Shown here piece by piece: positions 18,685 to 28,639 of a stretch of DNA of 39,253 nucleotides. How positions within the stretch are numbered: position 1 is the stretch's first letter; the number at the start of each line of letters is the position of its first letter. The DNA comes from Marmoricola sp. (lineage in GTDB: Bacteria; Actinomycetota; Actinomycetes; Propionibacteriales; Nocardioidaceae). Position numbers and translations under genes: made by a program. The notes beneath the pieces are model-generated. The model saw only the letters and a list, made by a program, of their open reading frames with translations, had not been told where the DNA came from and made no database searches. Location of the stretch: positions 1 to 39,253 of the forward strand of contig DASVMH010000254.1 of NCBI GenBank assembly GCA_036384455.1, read 5' to 3'.

Positions 18685-20643
18685 ATGTTCGGGCGGATCG
18701 GAGCGAGGGCTCGTGGGGCGACGCTGGTCGCCGCCCTCGCCGTCAGCGCAGTCTCGTTCGCCCCGGTCGCCCACGCGGCGGCGACGAGTCGGCCACTCCA
18801 GATCGGACCGTCCGCGCAGGACCTGGTGACCGTCGGAGGCACCGCGTACTTCATCGCCGACGACGGCGTCCACGGCAACCAGCTGTGGCGGAGCAACGGC
18901 ACGGCCGCCGGCACCAGCATGGTCAAGGACATCAAGCCTGGTGCGGTGACGACCGCGAGCGGCCTGATCGATGTCGACGGCACCTTGTTCTTCTTCGTCA
19001 GGGACGGCACATCGGGCAACAAGCTGTGGAAGTCCGACGGCACCCCGGCCGGCACCAGCCTTGTCAAGAACATCAACCAGGGCAGCTCGCGCGGCCTTCC
19101 GTACGCACTCACCGAGGTCGCCGGGGCGTTGTACTTCGTGGCCAAGGACAGCACCCGCGGCTTCGAGCTCTGGAAGAGCGACGGCACGAAGGCCGGCACA
19201 ACCCTGGTCGCCGTCACGGATCCCGCGAGCGACGAGCGCGGTCCGCAGGACCTCACCGCCGTCGGCAGCACGCTCTACTTCAACGACGGCGACGCCACTC
19301 ACGGTTACGAGCTGTGGAAGAGCGATGGCACCGACACCACACTCGTCAAGGACATCGACCCCGGCAGCGACAGCTCCGACCCGACGAACCTCACCGACTT
19401 CGCGGGCACGCTCTACTTCAACGCGAACGACGGCACCCACGGCGCCGAACTCTGGTCGAGCGACGGCACCGACACCACACTCGTCAAGGACATCGACCCC
19501 GGAGTAGGTAATGGCGGCCGCGGGCCCGAGGAACTGACCGTCGTCGGCAACGAGCTCTACTTCACGACAGACGACGGCACCCACGGCACCGAGCTGTGGC
19601 GCAGCGACAGCGCCGGCACCACACTCGTCAAGGACATCACCAGCGGCACAGCGGGCCGCGGGCCGCAGGATCTCACCGACGTGGCCGGTCGCCTGTACTT
19701 CGTCGCGGACGACGGCACCCACGGGTACGAGCCATGGACCAGCGACGGCAGCACGAACGGCACGTCTCTGCTCAAGGACATCGACCCCGGCAGCAGCGGC
19801 AGCGTCCCGAATGGCTTCACCGCCGCCGGCGGCTCGGTCTACTTCACCGCGGACGACGGTACGCACGGCTCTGAACTCTGGCGCAGCGACGGTACGCCCG
19901 GCGGAACCGCTCTCTTCCAGGACATCGACCCCGGCGGCGAAGGCAGCCACCCCACCGTCCTGGCGGCCAAGGGCAGCACGCTGCTCCTCGACCTCACGCA
20001 GGGGGCGTGCACCGGGTTGTGGAGCCTCGACACCGCGGCGACCGAGGACACCACGCCACCGGTGCGGCTCCTCAGTAGCACACACGACGTCACCGCGGGC
20101 ACCGTCACCGTCGACGTCGGCACGCCCACCGGCGGGCGGATCACCGTCAGCGGGGCGGATGTGCAGAAGCGCTGGGCCGGCACCGGCTGCGCGGACACTG
20201 CGTCAGTCGAGCTGAGGCCCAACAAGGCGGGCCTCGCGATCCTGCGGAGCAAGCACCGCTTCACCACCACTCTCACCTTCGCGTTCCAGCCGTCGATCGG
20301 CCCAGCGGCCGCGTCGGTCCAGCGGAAGTACACCTTCGAGGTCACGCCCGCCAAGATCGTCAGGTCCGAGGCACACCCGAAGAACGGGACCCGCACCGTC
20401 TGGGTCCAGGTCCCCTCCGGGGGGCGACTCGCCCTCGCCGCGACCGGCACATGGGGTGTCAAGAAGGTCACCAGGAGCGCCCTCCACGCGGGCACCGTCA
20501 AGCTCACCATCACGCCCACGCGGGCCACCGCCCACAAGCTTCGTCAGCGGCACCACCTGAAAGTCCGGGTCCGGTTGAGCTACACCCCCGCCCAGGGCGT
20601 CACCACCAGTCAGACCCGCGTCTACACACTCGTCCGGAAGTAG
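18685..20643 (+). CDS. Secreted ELWxxDGT-repeat protein
   Basis: Signal peptide (AHA-A); 8-9 repeats of about 47 aa (YF.A.DG.HG.ELW.SDGT...LVKDI); basic C-terminal domains. Confidence 0.9.
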   Translation: MFGRIGARARGATLVAALAVSAVSFAPVAHAAATSRPLQIGPSAQDLVTVGGTAYFIADDGVHGNQLWRSNGTAAGTSMVKDIKPGAVTTASGLIDVDGTLFFFVRDGTSGNKLWKSDGTPAGTSLVKNINQGSSRGLPYALTEVAGALYFVAKDSTRGFELWKSDGTKAGTTLVAVTDPASDERGPQDLTAVGSTLYFNDGDATHGYELWKSDGTDTTLVKDIDPGSDSSDPTNLTDFAGTLYFNANDGTHGAELWSSDGTDTTLVKDIDPGVGNGGRGPEELTVVGNELYFTTDDGTHGTELWRSDSAGTTLVKDITSGTAGRGPQDLTDVAGRLYFVADDGTHGYEPWTSDGSTNGTSLLKDIDPGSSGSVPNGFTAAGGSVYFTADDGTHGSELWRSDGTPGGTALFQDIDPGGEGSHPTVLAAKGSTLLLDLTQGACTGLWSLDTAATEDTTPPVRLLSSTHDVTAGTVTVDVGTPTGGRITVSGADVQKRWAGTGCADTASVELRPNKAGLAILRSKHRFTTTLTFAFQPSIGPAAASVQRKYTFEVTPAKIVRSEAHPKNGTRTVWVQVPSGGRLALAATGTWGVKKVTRSALHAGTVKLTITPTRATAHKLRQRHHLKVRVRLSYTPAQGVTTSQTRVYTLVRK

Positions 20644-20672
20644 TCCGCCGGGCGCGGCGTACCGTCGATCGC

Positions 20673-20858
20673 GTGAGCAACGAGTCCACACACCGCTGGT
20701 ACTTCGTGATGATGGGCGTCTGCATCGCCCTGATCGTGCTCGCCTGGAACGTCGTCCGCTTCTGGTCGATCCCCGCCGCCATCGCCATGTCTGCGGTCGC
20801 CGCCGTCATCCCGCCGGCCGCAGCGATCGTCGGGAACCGGGGCGGACACGGGGGTTAG
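20673..20858 (+). CDS. Small membrane protein (DUF3099-like)
   Basis: RWYFVMMGVC...IPPAAAIVGN with two TM helices. GTG 7 nt after TACCGT. Confidence 0.75.
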   Translation: MSNESTHRWYFVMMGVCIALIVLAWNVVRFWSIPAAIAMSAVAAVIPPAAAIVGNRGGHGG

Positions 20859-22138
20859 TCCGCCGCGCGAACGCACTCCCGGGTGATCTCCGCGATCGAC
20901 CCGACACCGCTCAGCCCCATGGTCAGGTCGAGCTCGGCGAGGACGTTCGCGATGACCGTCGCCACTCCGTCGGCGCCGTCGAGGGCGAGGCCGTAGATGT
21001 GCGGGCGACCCAGGGTGACCGCGTTCGCGCCGAGCGCGAGCGCCTTGAAGACGTCGGCACCCGTGCGGATGCCACTGTCGAAGATGATCGTGGGCTCCTG
21101 GCCGACGGCGTCACGGATGGCGACGAGGGCGTCGGCCGTACCGATGGCGCCGTCGACCTGCCGGCCGCCGTGGTTGGAGACCATGACCGCGTCGATCCCG
21201 GAGTCGAAGGCGCGACGGGCGTCGTCGGGATGCACGATCCCCTTGAGCACGACGGGCAGCTTCGTACGCTCCCGCAGGGTGGCGATGTGGTCCCACGACA
21301 GCGCCGGGTTGGAGTAGACGTCGAGGAACGTCTCCACCGCCGCCCGCGGGATCGGGCTGCGCAGGTTGTCGACGAAACCGCCCGGGTGGTTGCGGGCAAT
21401 GGAGAGCAACGTGCCGATCGCCTGCGGGGTGACCTTGACCTTGGGCTTGTCCTCCGAGGCATCCGCAGCACGCGCAGCGGCGAGCTCCAGAAAGTGCGGG
21501 TCGGAGGTGTACTGCGCGATCCCGATGCCGCGGCTGAACGGCAGGCTGCCGAGGTTGAGGTCCCACGGACGCCAGCCGAGCATCGTGGTGTCCAGCGTGA
21601 CCACGAGCGCCTCCGCGCCCATCGCCTCCGCGCGGCCGATGAAGCTGTCCACGAGGTCCTCGTCGCGGCTCCAATAGAGCTGGAACCAGCGGCTCTGCGA
21701 CCCCATGGCGGCGGCGGTGGCCTCCATCGGCGCACTGCCCTGGTTGGAGAAGATGTACGGGATCCCCGCCTGCGCCGCCCCGCTGCCGATCAGCACGTCG
21801 GCATCGGGCACGACCAGCCCGGCGGCGCCGACCGGGGCCAGCAGCACCGGCGCGGTCAGCGAGGTGTTCAGCACCTGGGTGGCGAGCGACCTCTGACTCA
21901 CGTCGCGCAACATCCGCGGCACGATCTGCCAGCGGTCCAGGGCAGCACGATTGGCGGCCATGGTGGCGCCCTCACCGGCACCGCCGTAGACGTACGCCCA
22001 GGCGGTCTCGCTCATCTTGCGCTTCGCCCGCTGCTCCAGCGTCGCGAAGTCGGCGGGCACCGTCGGGCGTACGCCACTGATGCCCGCGCGGTAGACCGCG
22101 TCCTGCCGTGCCCGCCCCGGCCCGCTCGGTTGCGTCAT
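20855..22138 (-). CDS. FMN-dependent alpha-hydroxy acid oxidase (lactate 2-monooxygenase-like)
   Basis: LAPVG, WFQLY, TLDT..LGWRP.DL, LKGI, SNHGGRQ, DSGIRTGAD. Confidence 0.92.
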   Translation of the reverse strand: MTQPSGPGRARQDAVYRAGISGVRPTVPADFATLEQRAKRKMSETAWAYVYGGAGEGATMAANRAALDRWQIVPRMLRDVSQRSLATQVLNTSLTAPVLLAPVGAAGLVVPDADVLIGSGAAQAGIPYIFSNQGSAPMEATAAAMGSQSRWFQLYWSRDEDLVDSFIGRAEAMGAEALVVTLDTTMLGWRPWDLNLGSLPFSRGIGIAQYTSDPHFLELAAARAADASEDKPKVKVTPQAIGTLLSIARNHPGGFVDNLRSPIPRAAVETFLDVYSNPALSWDHIATLRERTKLPVVLKGIVHPDDARRAFDSGIDAVMVSNHGGRQVDGAIGTADALVAIRDAVGQEPTIIFDSGIRTGADVFKALALGANAVTLGRPHIYGLALDGADGVATVIANVLAELDLTMGLSGVGSIAEITRECVRAAD

Positions 22139-22158
22139 GGACCGCAGACTAGCGAGGG

Positions 22159-23343
22159 TCAGCGGGTCAGGATCACAGACGAGCCATGACCGAAGAGGCC
22201 CTGGTTGGCGGTGATCCCGACGCGAGCCCCCTCGACCTGTCGTCCGGACGCCTGGCCACGCAGCTGCCAGGTGATCTCGCAGACCTGGGCGATCGCCTGG
22301 GCCGGGACCGCCTCGCCGAAGCAGGCGAGCCCGCCGGACGGGTTGACCGGGATCCGGCCGCCGATCGTCGTCTCACCCGCGCGGAGCAGTTGCTCGGCCT
22401 CGCCGGGGCCGCACAGCGAGAGGTCCTCCATCCAGTCCAACTCCAGAGCCGTGGACAGGTCGTAGACCTCGGCCACGTCGACGTCGGCGGGCGCGACGCC
22501 GGCCTGGGCGTACGCAGCGTCGGCGATCGACTGCTTGAAGGTCCGCTCGGGGGTCACTCCCATCGCGGCGTCGGTGGAGAGGTTCGGCATGTCGAGCACG
22601 GTGTTGGGGAAGCGCGGCGTCACCGTCGAGACCGCGGCAACCTTCACCTCGGAGGCGACCCCGTGCTTGGCGGCATAGTCAGTCGAGCAGAGCACGACTG
22701 CGGCACCGCCGTCGGAGGTGGCGCAGATGTCGAGCAGGTGCAACGGGTCGGAGACGATCGCCGAGCCCAACACGTCCTCGGCGCTGACCTCCTTGCGATA
22801 ACGCGCATTCGGGTTCGACAGGCCGTGCTTGGCGTTCTTGACCTTGACCGCGGCGAAGTCCTCCTGAGTGGCACCGAAGAGGTCCATCCGGCGTCGAGCG
22901 TACATCGCGAAGTACGCGGGATTCGTCATGCCGAGCAGCCGGAAGCGCAGCCAGTCGGGGTCGTCCCAGCGCTCGCCCGCGTTGGGGGCGAGGAAGCCCT
23001 TGGGGGTGGTGTCGGCACCGACGACCAGCGCCACCTCGGACATCCCGGCGAGGATGCGCGCCCGGGCGGTGTCGATCGCCTGGGCGCCGGTGGCGCAGGC
23101 GGCGTACGACGTGGCGACCTGGGCGCCGTTCCAACCGAGCGCCTGGGCGAAGGTGGCGCCGGCGACGTAACCGCCGTAGCCGTTGCGCACGGTCTCGCCG
23201 CCGACGATCAGGTCGACGTCGGTCCACGCGATGCCGGCGTCCTTGAGCGCCTCACGGGCGGCGTGCACGCCGTACCCGACGAAGTTGCGGCCCCACTTGC
23301 CCCACGGGTGCATGCCCGCTCCGGCGACGACAACCTGACTCAT
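22159..23343 (-). CDS. Thiolase-like lipid-transfer protein (SCP2-thiolase/Ltp family)
   Basis: AACATG, SDGGAAVV, EVYD, VNPSGGL, GRQVEGAR; coupled to a DUF35 gene. Confidence 0.9.
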   Translation of the reverse strand: MSQVVVAGAGMHPWGKWGRNFVGYGVHAAREALKDAGIAWTDVDLIVGGETVRNGYGGYVAGATFAQALGWNGAQVATSYAACATGAQAIDTARARILAGMSEVALVVGADTTPKGFLAPNAGERWDDPDWLRFRLLGMTNPAYFAMYARRRMDLFGATQEDFAAVKVKNAKHGLSNPNARYRKEVSAEDVLGSAIVSDPLHLLDICATSDGGAAVVLCSTDYAAKHGVASEVKVAAVSTVTPRFPNTVLDMPNLSTDAAMGVTPERTFKQSIADAAYAQAGVAPADVDVAEVYDLSTALELDWMEDLSLCGPGEAEQLLRAGETTIGGRIPVNPSGGLACFGEAVPAQAIAQVCEITWQLRGQASGRQVEGARVGITANQGLFGHGSSVILTR

Positions 23344-23771
23344 GCTGCGTCTCCTGCCACGGGCTTCCAGCGCCAGATGGTGCGCTCGCCGGAGTCGTCG
23401 GTGTAGAGGGTCTCGACGACGAGTTCGACATCGGCGCCGACCTTCAGGTCCGCGACCCCGAAGCCGTCGGCGACCTGACCGAGCACGACGATCCCCTCCT
23501 CGAGCTCGACGGCGGCGAGCGCGAACGGCTCGTACGGGTCGGTGCGCGGGATGTACGGCGCCGGCGGCTGGTACTGCGCATCGGTGTAGGACCAGACCCG
23601 GCCGCGCCGGGACAGCTCGACGTCCTCGAAATCGGTGCCGTCACACGCCGGGTTGCGGCACCAGTCCGCGGCCCGCGGGAAGAAGACGGTGCCGCACGTC
23701 GTGCAGCGCGACCCGATCAGGGCCGGATCCGTGCCGGTGGTGAACCACCCCTCGACCGCCGGGCTCGACAT
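23340..23771 (-). CDS. DUF35 Zn-ribbon/OB-fold protein
   Basis: CTTCG...FP...CRNPAC, GRVWSYT, AAVELEEG. GGAGG SD at 23776-23780. Confidence 0.9.
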   Translation of the reverse strand: MSSPAVEGWFTTGTDPALIGSRCTTCGTVFFPRAADWCRNPACDGTDFEDVELSRRGRVWSYTDAQYQPPAPYIPRTDPYEPFALAAVELEEGIVVLGQVADGFGVADLKVGADVELVVETLYTDDSGERTIWRWKPVAGDAA

Positions 23772-23799
23772 AGGTCCTCCTGGTGCCGCGAACAAGAAC

Positions 23800-23813
23800 T
23801 AGAACAGGTTCTC
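23800..23813. promoter_or_regulatory. KstR-like operator
   Basis: TAGAACAGGTTCTC versus KstR consensus TnnAACnnGTTnnA (one mismatch); upstream of DUF35-ltp genes. Confidence 0.6.
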
Positions 23814-23923
23814 ATGGTCGCACAGCGCCGTCACCGCCGGTTCCGCCCAGTGGAGAGGTGACGTCAGGCACAACTCGGCCTTCTTTGGGCGCAACTGGAC
23901 GGTCGGTGTGTCAGTCTCGTGCC

Positions 23924-24745
23924 GTGCTGGTCGTACTCATCGTCGTCCTCGTCCTTCTCGCGGGCACCGTGGTGGCGCTGATCCGTACGCGCCGGGCATA
24001 CGACCAGGTGGTCCGCGAGCGCGACGAACTGCACCAGCAGGTCGACCGTCTCGGCACGAGACCGGCGGTGTCCCGGCGGCGCGGCAGGGCGCTGCAGACC
24101 GTGGTCGAGCGGACCGTGGAGAGCGCCGTACGCCTGCGCGAGGGCGGCCTGACCGGGCTGCTCGCCTCCTCGATGGAGGATCTCTCCAAGTGGGCGGCCG
24201 AGAATCGCACCGAGATCGACCAGTTCACCGGACCGGACGGCACCATCTCGATCCTCTTCTCCGACATCGAGGACTCGACCGCGCTCAACGAGAGCCTCGG
24301 TGACGCCGCCTGGGTCAAGCTGCTGGCCACCCACGACCAGCTCGTGCATGCGTGCGTCGATCAGCACCACGGCCACATCGTGAAGTCGCAGGGCGACGGC
24401 TTCATGATCGTGTTCCGTACGCCCGCGGACGCGGTCCGGGCCGGCATCGCCATCCAGGACGCGTTCGCCAACTCCGACCACCGCCGTCTCAAGCGCACCC
24501 CGATCCGGGTCCGCGTCGGCATCCACGTCGGCACCGTCGTCGAGCGCGAGGGCGACTTCTTCGGCACCAACGTCGCGATGGCCGCCCGGGTCGCCGCCCA
24601 GGCCGGCGGGGGCGAGATCCTCGTCAGCGACGACGTCCGTCAGGCGCTGCGCGAGGTCGACGACATCGTGCTCGTCGACTTCCGCGAGGCCGAGCTCAAA
24701 GGCCTCCCCGGCACCCACCGGCTCTGGGAGGTCGCCGTCCTGTGA
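23924..24745 (+). CDS. Membrane-anchored class III adenylate/guanylate cyclase
   Basis: N-terminal TM and coiled coil; [38 protein letters not shown]. Confidence 0.9.
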   Translation: MLVVLIVVLVLLAGTVVALIRTRRAYDQVVRERDELHQQVDRLGTRPAVSRRRGRALQTVVERTVESAVRLREGGLTGLLASSMEDLSKWAAENRTEIDQFTGPDGTISILFSDIEDSTALNESLGDAAWVKLLATHDQLVHACVDQHHGHIVKSQGDGFMIVFRTPADAVRAGIAIQDAFANSDHRRLKRTPIRVRVGIHVGTVVEREGDFFGTNVAMAARVAAQAGGGEILVSDDVRQALREVDDIVLVDFREAELKGLPGTHRLWEVAVL

Positions 24746-24757
24746 CCCGCGTCGGGA

Positions 24758-25501
24758 TCAGCCGATCTCGCGCAGTGCCAGGACCGCGTCGTGGTCGGAC
24801 GCGTTCTGGATCGTCCAGACCCGCTCGGTGCGACCGGGGCCGAAGACGTCGTCGATGGTCCGTTTGCCGTGAGTGCCCGGGCGGTCGTGACCGGCCCAGG
24901 CCGAGGTGAGGCCGGGGATGGCGAAGCCGTCGAAGTTGGAGTCTCCCATCGCGAGCACGGTCCTGCCCGAGCGGAGTTCGCGCGACACGACCTGATCGAG
25001 CCGCGCCGCCTCGGCTCGATGGCGCGCGACCAGCTTCGGCCGGTCGCTTCGGTACGCCCCGCGGCTCTGCACGCCGGGCACCATGTGGAAGGAGATCAGA
25101 CTCAACGCTGTCGACGTCTCCAGGTCGCGGCAGCGCACCAGCACCGAACGACGCGGCGGCTCGATCCCGCCCGGGCGGGTGGGGTTCTCCGCCCGGCCGA
25201 ACCGGCTCAGCCGCAGCACGTGCGCACTCTCGAAGGCGAAGCGCCCCGCGCGCAGTCCGACGACGCAGTCACCGAAGGTGACACCGGTCCATACGTAGCG
25301 ACCGGGATGGGCGTCGAAGGTGACCGGCCCGGGGATGAGCTGCAGCTTCCCGTACTCACCCAACGTGCGGGCCCTGTTCAAGAAGAACTCCTGCAGCCCG
25401 ACGATGTCGGGATCCTCGGCGAGGATGCCGTCCAGACAGGCACGGCGTGCCGACGCGGGCAGCCGCACCTCGACGTTCGCGCTCGCGACGAGCAGCCGCA
25501 T
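24758..25501 (-). CDS. Endonuclease/exonuclease/phosphatase family protein
   Basis: SANV, DIVGLQE, MGDSN, IDDVF, SDHDAV. Confidence 0.85.
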   Translation of the reverse strand: MRLLVASANVEVRLPASARRACLDGILAEDPDIVGLQEFFLNRARTLGEYGKLQLIPGPVTFDAHPGRYVWTGVTFGDCVVGLRAGRFAFESAHVLRLSRFGRAENPTRPGGIEPPRRSVLVRCRDLETSTALSLISFHMVPGVQSRGAYRSDRPKLVARHRAEAARLDQVVSRELRSGRTVLAMGDSNFDGFAIPGLTSAWAGHDRPGTHGKRTIDDVFGPGRTERVWTIQNASDHDAVLALREIG

Positions 25502-25511
25502 CAGCGGTCGC

Positions 25512-25814
25512 TCAGTCCTCGGGCCAGTCGGTCACGTCGTCATAGAGACCGGGATGCTTGCGGATCCAGCCGGCGACGAACGGGCAGTGCGGGATGATCC
25601 GCTTGCCGCTCGCATGCACGTCGGCGAGGGCGAATTCGATCAGCTTCCCCGCCAGGCCCTGTCCGCCGTACTGCTCGGCGACCTCGGTGTGCACGAAGTC
25701 GACGTGCTCGTCGTCGGGAACGACGTATTCGGCGAAGCCCGGCACAACGTCACCGTCACGCAGCTCGTAGCGGGACAGCTCGGGGTTGTGCACCACGGTG
25801 ATCTCATCGCTCAT
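25512..25814 (-). CDS. Small GNAT N-acetyltransferase (YjdJ-like)
   Basis: HTEV...GGQGLA..L, IIPHCPFV..W. Confidence 0.9.
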   Translation of the reverse strand: MSDEITVVHNPELSRYELRDGDVVPGFAEYVVPDDEHVDFVHTEVAEQYGGQGLAGKLIEFALADVHASGKRIIPHCPFVAGWIRKHPGLYDDVTDWPED

Positions 25815-25983
25815 GGGGACAACGTAGCGCCGAAACCCGGTTGCGCCCGGCGGGCAGGGAGTCCAGAGTCGGTCCCGTACGCACCACCGGGGTGCCCCGT
25901 CGAGAGGAGGCGCGACGTGTCGATCGATGTCCTCGGCCTGTCCGCAGACCGATCCCTCTCAGACCACCGGAGCACCCCCACCC

Positions 25984-26814
25984 ATGGAGCTACCCGCAGA
26001 CCCCTTCTCTGATCTCACCTTCGTCGCCTACGACGAGGTAGGCGCCGGCCAGCGCTGGTCCACCTGGACCACCGTCGAGCCGCTGTGCCGCGGCCCCGAG
26101 CCACGACCCCACTGGGTGGTGACGTCGGCCGGCGCGATCGACACCGAGCTCGGTGTCCTAAAGACCGGCAAGGAGGCCGACGTCCACCTCGTCGAGCGCG
26201 CCGACCCGCACCTGCGCGACCAACAGGTGGTGATGGCCGCCAAGCGCTACCGCGACACCGACCACCGCACCTTCCACCGAGCCGCCTCCTACACCGAGGG
26301 GCGCGGCATGAAGCGGTCGCGTGACGAGCGCGCGCTCAAGCGCAAGAGCACGTTCGGCCGCGAGGTCGCTCGCACGGAGTGGGCGAACGCGGAGTGGAGC
26401 GCCCTCACCCGGTGCTGGTCGCTCGGCCTGCCGGTGCCCTACCCCGTCCAGATCGACGGCACCGAGATCCTCATGGAGTGGATCGAGGTCGACGGCGGGT
26501 CCGCGCCGAGGCTGGCGCAGACCCGCCCCGAACCGGCCCTGCTGCGCAGCTACTTCGACCAGATCCGCGAGGCGATGCTGACCCTGGGCGGCGCCGGCCT
26601 GGTCCACGGCGACCTCTCGGCGTACAACCTGCTCGCGGCCGGGGAACGGGTCGTCATCATCGACCTGCCGCAGGTCGTCGATCTGGTCGGGAACCTCAAC
26701 GCCACGGACTTCCTCATGCGCGACTGCACCAACGTGTGCGCGTGGTTCTCGGCGCGCGGCCTCGACATGGATGCCGAGTCGCTGTTCGGAGAGGTGCTCG
26801 CGGCGGCGTACTGA
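25984..26814 (+). CDS. RIO1-family Ser/Thr kinase
   Basis: LKTGKEADV, AAKRY, VPYP, LMEWI, VHGDLSAYN, IIDLPQ, RDCTNV. Start uncertain (25927 or 25984). Confidence 0.9.
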   Translation: MELPADPFSDLTFVAYDEVGAGQRWSTWTTVEPLCRGPEPRPHWVVTSAGAIDTELGVLKTGKEADVHLVERADPHLRDQQVVMAAKRYRDTDHRTFHRAASYTEGRGMKRSRDERALKRKSTFGREVARTEWANAEWSALTRCWSLGLPVPYPVQIDGTEILMEWIEVDGGSAPRLAQTRPEPALLRSYFDQIREAMLTLGGAGLVHGDLSAYNLLAAGERVVIIDLPQVVDLVGNLNATDFLMRDCTNVCAWFSARGLDMDAESLFGEVLAAAY

Positions 26815-26827
26815 CTACCCTCTGCCC

Positions 26828-27811
26828 ATGCCGACGCAGTTCGTGACCCGCTACGACTTCCGTCTTCCGGATGCCACCCCGGAGACCAGGCGGGAGCAGT
26901 ACGCCCGGGCACTGGAGCAGGTGCGCTATCTCGACCAGCACGGCGCCGACCCGATCATGCTGTCCGAACACCACGTCTCCGACGACGGCTACCTGCCCAG
27001 TCCGATCCCGGTGGCTGCCGCGTTCGCCGCCGCCACAACGCAGGTGCCGCTGTCGATCTCGGCACTGCTGGTCAACCTCTACGACCCGATCCGGCTGGCC
27101 GAGGACATCGCCGTGCTCGACAACCTCAGCGGCGGCCGGGTCAGTTACACCTTCGGTCTCGGGTACCGCCGCGAGGAGTACGACCTCTTCGGTGCGTCGT
27201 GGGAGACCCGCGGCGCGGACATCGAGGCCCGCATCACCACCATGTTGAGAGCCTGGCTCGGCGAACCCTTCGATCACGACGGCCGCACCGTCCGGGTGCT
27301 GCCACGGCCGATGTCGCAACCGCACCCGTTCTGCTTCTACGGAGGCGGCTCGTTCGCCGCAGCCCGGAGGGCCGGCCGACTCGGCCTGCACTTCCAGCCC
27401 CAGCACGCCGACCCGGCGCTCAAGGAGGCGTACGAGGCGGAGTGCCGGGCCAACGACCGTGACCCCGGCTTCACCCTGCTCGCACCGCCCGGTCCGGCGT
27501 ACGTCTTCTGCTCGGAGGACCCGGACGGGTTCTGGAAGCGGTATGGCCACCACCTCCTGGCCGACGCGATCAGCTACCAGCAGTGGCACGGCGCCGCCGC
27601 GTCGTACGTCGTCGACACCTCGACCACCGTCGAGGAGATGCGCGCGGCCGGGAAGTACGTCGTGCTCACCCCCGATCAGCTGATCGGGGCCTGCCGGAGC
27701 AAGGAGATCCGGCTGGTCACGATGCACCCGTGCTGCGGTGGTCTGCCGGCGGAGCCCTCCTGGGAGACCCTGCGACTGGTCACCGAGACGGTGAAGCCGG
27801 CCCTCGCCTGA
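26828..27811 (+). CDS. LLM-class flavin-dependent oxidoreductase
   Basis: LSEHH...YLPSP, PIRLAEDIAVLDNLSGGR...GLGYR..EY. Confidence 0.9.
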   Translation: MPTQFVTRYDFRLPDATPETRREQYARALEQVRYLDQHGADPIMLSEHHVSDDGYLPSPIPVAAAFAAATTQVPLSISALLVNLYDPIRLAEDIAVLDNLSGGRVSYTFGLGYRREEYDLFGASWETRGADIEARITTMLRAWLGEPFDHDGRTVRVLPRPMSQPHPFCFYGGGSFAAARRAGRLGLHFQPQHADPALKEAYEAECRANDRDPGFTLLAPPGPAYVFCSEDPDGFWKRYGHHLLADAISYQQWHGAAASYVVDTSTTVEEMRAAGKYVVLTPDQLIGACRSKEIRLVTMHPCCGGLPAEPSWETLRLVTETVKPALA

Positions 27812-27814
27812 GCC

Positions 27815-28639
27815 CTATCCGGTCTGCTCCGCATGGAGGGCGGGCAGGAACGTCGCGAGGTGGGTCATCTCCTGCGCGCAGTGGCTGAGCAATGCCCGCG
27901 CATCGGCCTCCGACGGCGACGCGAAGCGACCGACGACAGGGACCGCAGCGTCGACGAGCCGGTTGCGACCCTGCGCGTGCGGCAACCCGATCCAGAAGAA
28001 GGACCGCATCACGCTGCCACCGGGGACCGCGTCCACGAGGTGCACCAGCCAGCCGACGTCGAGGGGGATGTCGACCAGCCCGACGCGAGCACACACCGCC
28101 GTCGCATCGATGCCACCCTCAACCGCCGGGTCGACCACGCCGACGTCGGCCGGCGACCGGAACGAGATCGCGAACCGCCCCAGCCCGGCGCCGACGTATT
28201 CGTCGACGAGCGAGGTCTGACCGACATAGCGCTCGCGCCCGGCGCTCCCCTCGGGCGGGGTCGCCGCCCATTCGGCATGTACGTGGGCCTGCGGATGCCA
28301 GAGTTTGTAACGCTCGGCGGCATCGCCGTGCCAGCCGAACCACCAGTCGATCATCGCCGGGCTCACCCCGGGCATCTCGGTGACCACCGCGATCCGCATC
28401 TCGCCCGCGGTCGTGACGGTGTACCCGTTCGGCACGGGAAGATCGCGAGCCGCGGAGAGCACATCGTCCTTGGCCAGCAGAGGTTCCGCGACCGGGCCGA
28501 TCGCGAGCGCCCGGACCGCGTGCTCGGCGATCGGTGGCATGGAGGGGTTCCAGTGGTGCGCGTACGGATACCTCGCGAGGTCGTCGGCGGACCAGCCCAG
28601 CCGGCGGCCGGGTCGCGGTCGGGTGCGGGTCAGATCCAT
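27815..28639 (-). CDS. DAPG hydrolase (PhlG) family protein
   Basis: MPGVSPAMIDWWFGWH, RYKLWHPQAH, VDEYVG, MRSFFW, HCAQEMTHLATFLP. Alternative start 28654. Confidence 0.82.
   Translation of the reverse strand: MDLTRTRPRPGRRLGWSADDLARYPYAHHWNPSMPPIAEHAVRALAIGPVAEPLLAKDDVLSAARDLPVPNGYTVTTAGEMRIAVVTEMPGVSPAMIDWWFGWHGDAAERYKLWHPQAHVHAEWAATPPEGSAGRERYVGQTSLVDEYVGAGLGRFAISFRSPADVGVVDPAVEGGIDATAVCARVGLVDIPLDVGWLVHLVDAVPGGSVMRSFFWIGLPHAQGRNRLVDAAVPVVGRFASPSEADARALLSHCAQEMTHLATFLPALHAEQTG

Noticed and set aside
18591-19271. N-terminal extension making a 694-aa ATPase
   Set aside because: It is the antisense shadow of the ELWxxDGT gene; a -10 element supports the start at 18590.
23801-23812. SOS box reading of AGAACAGGTTCT
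   Set aside because: The spacer between GAAC and GTTC is 2 nt rather than 4, which fits KstR.
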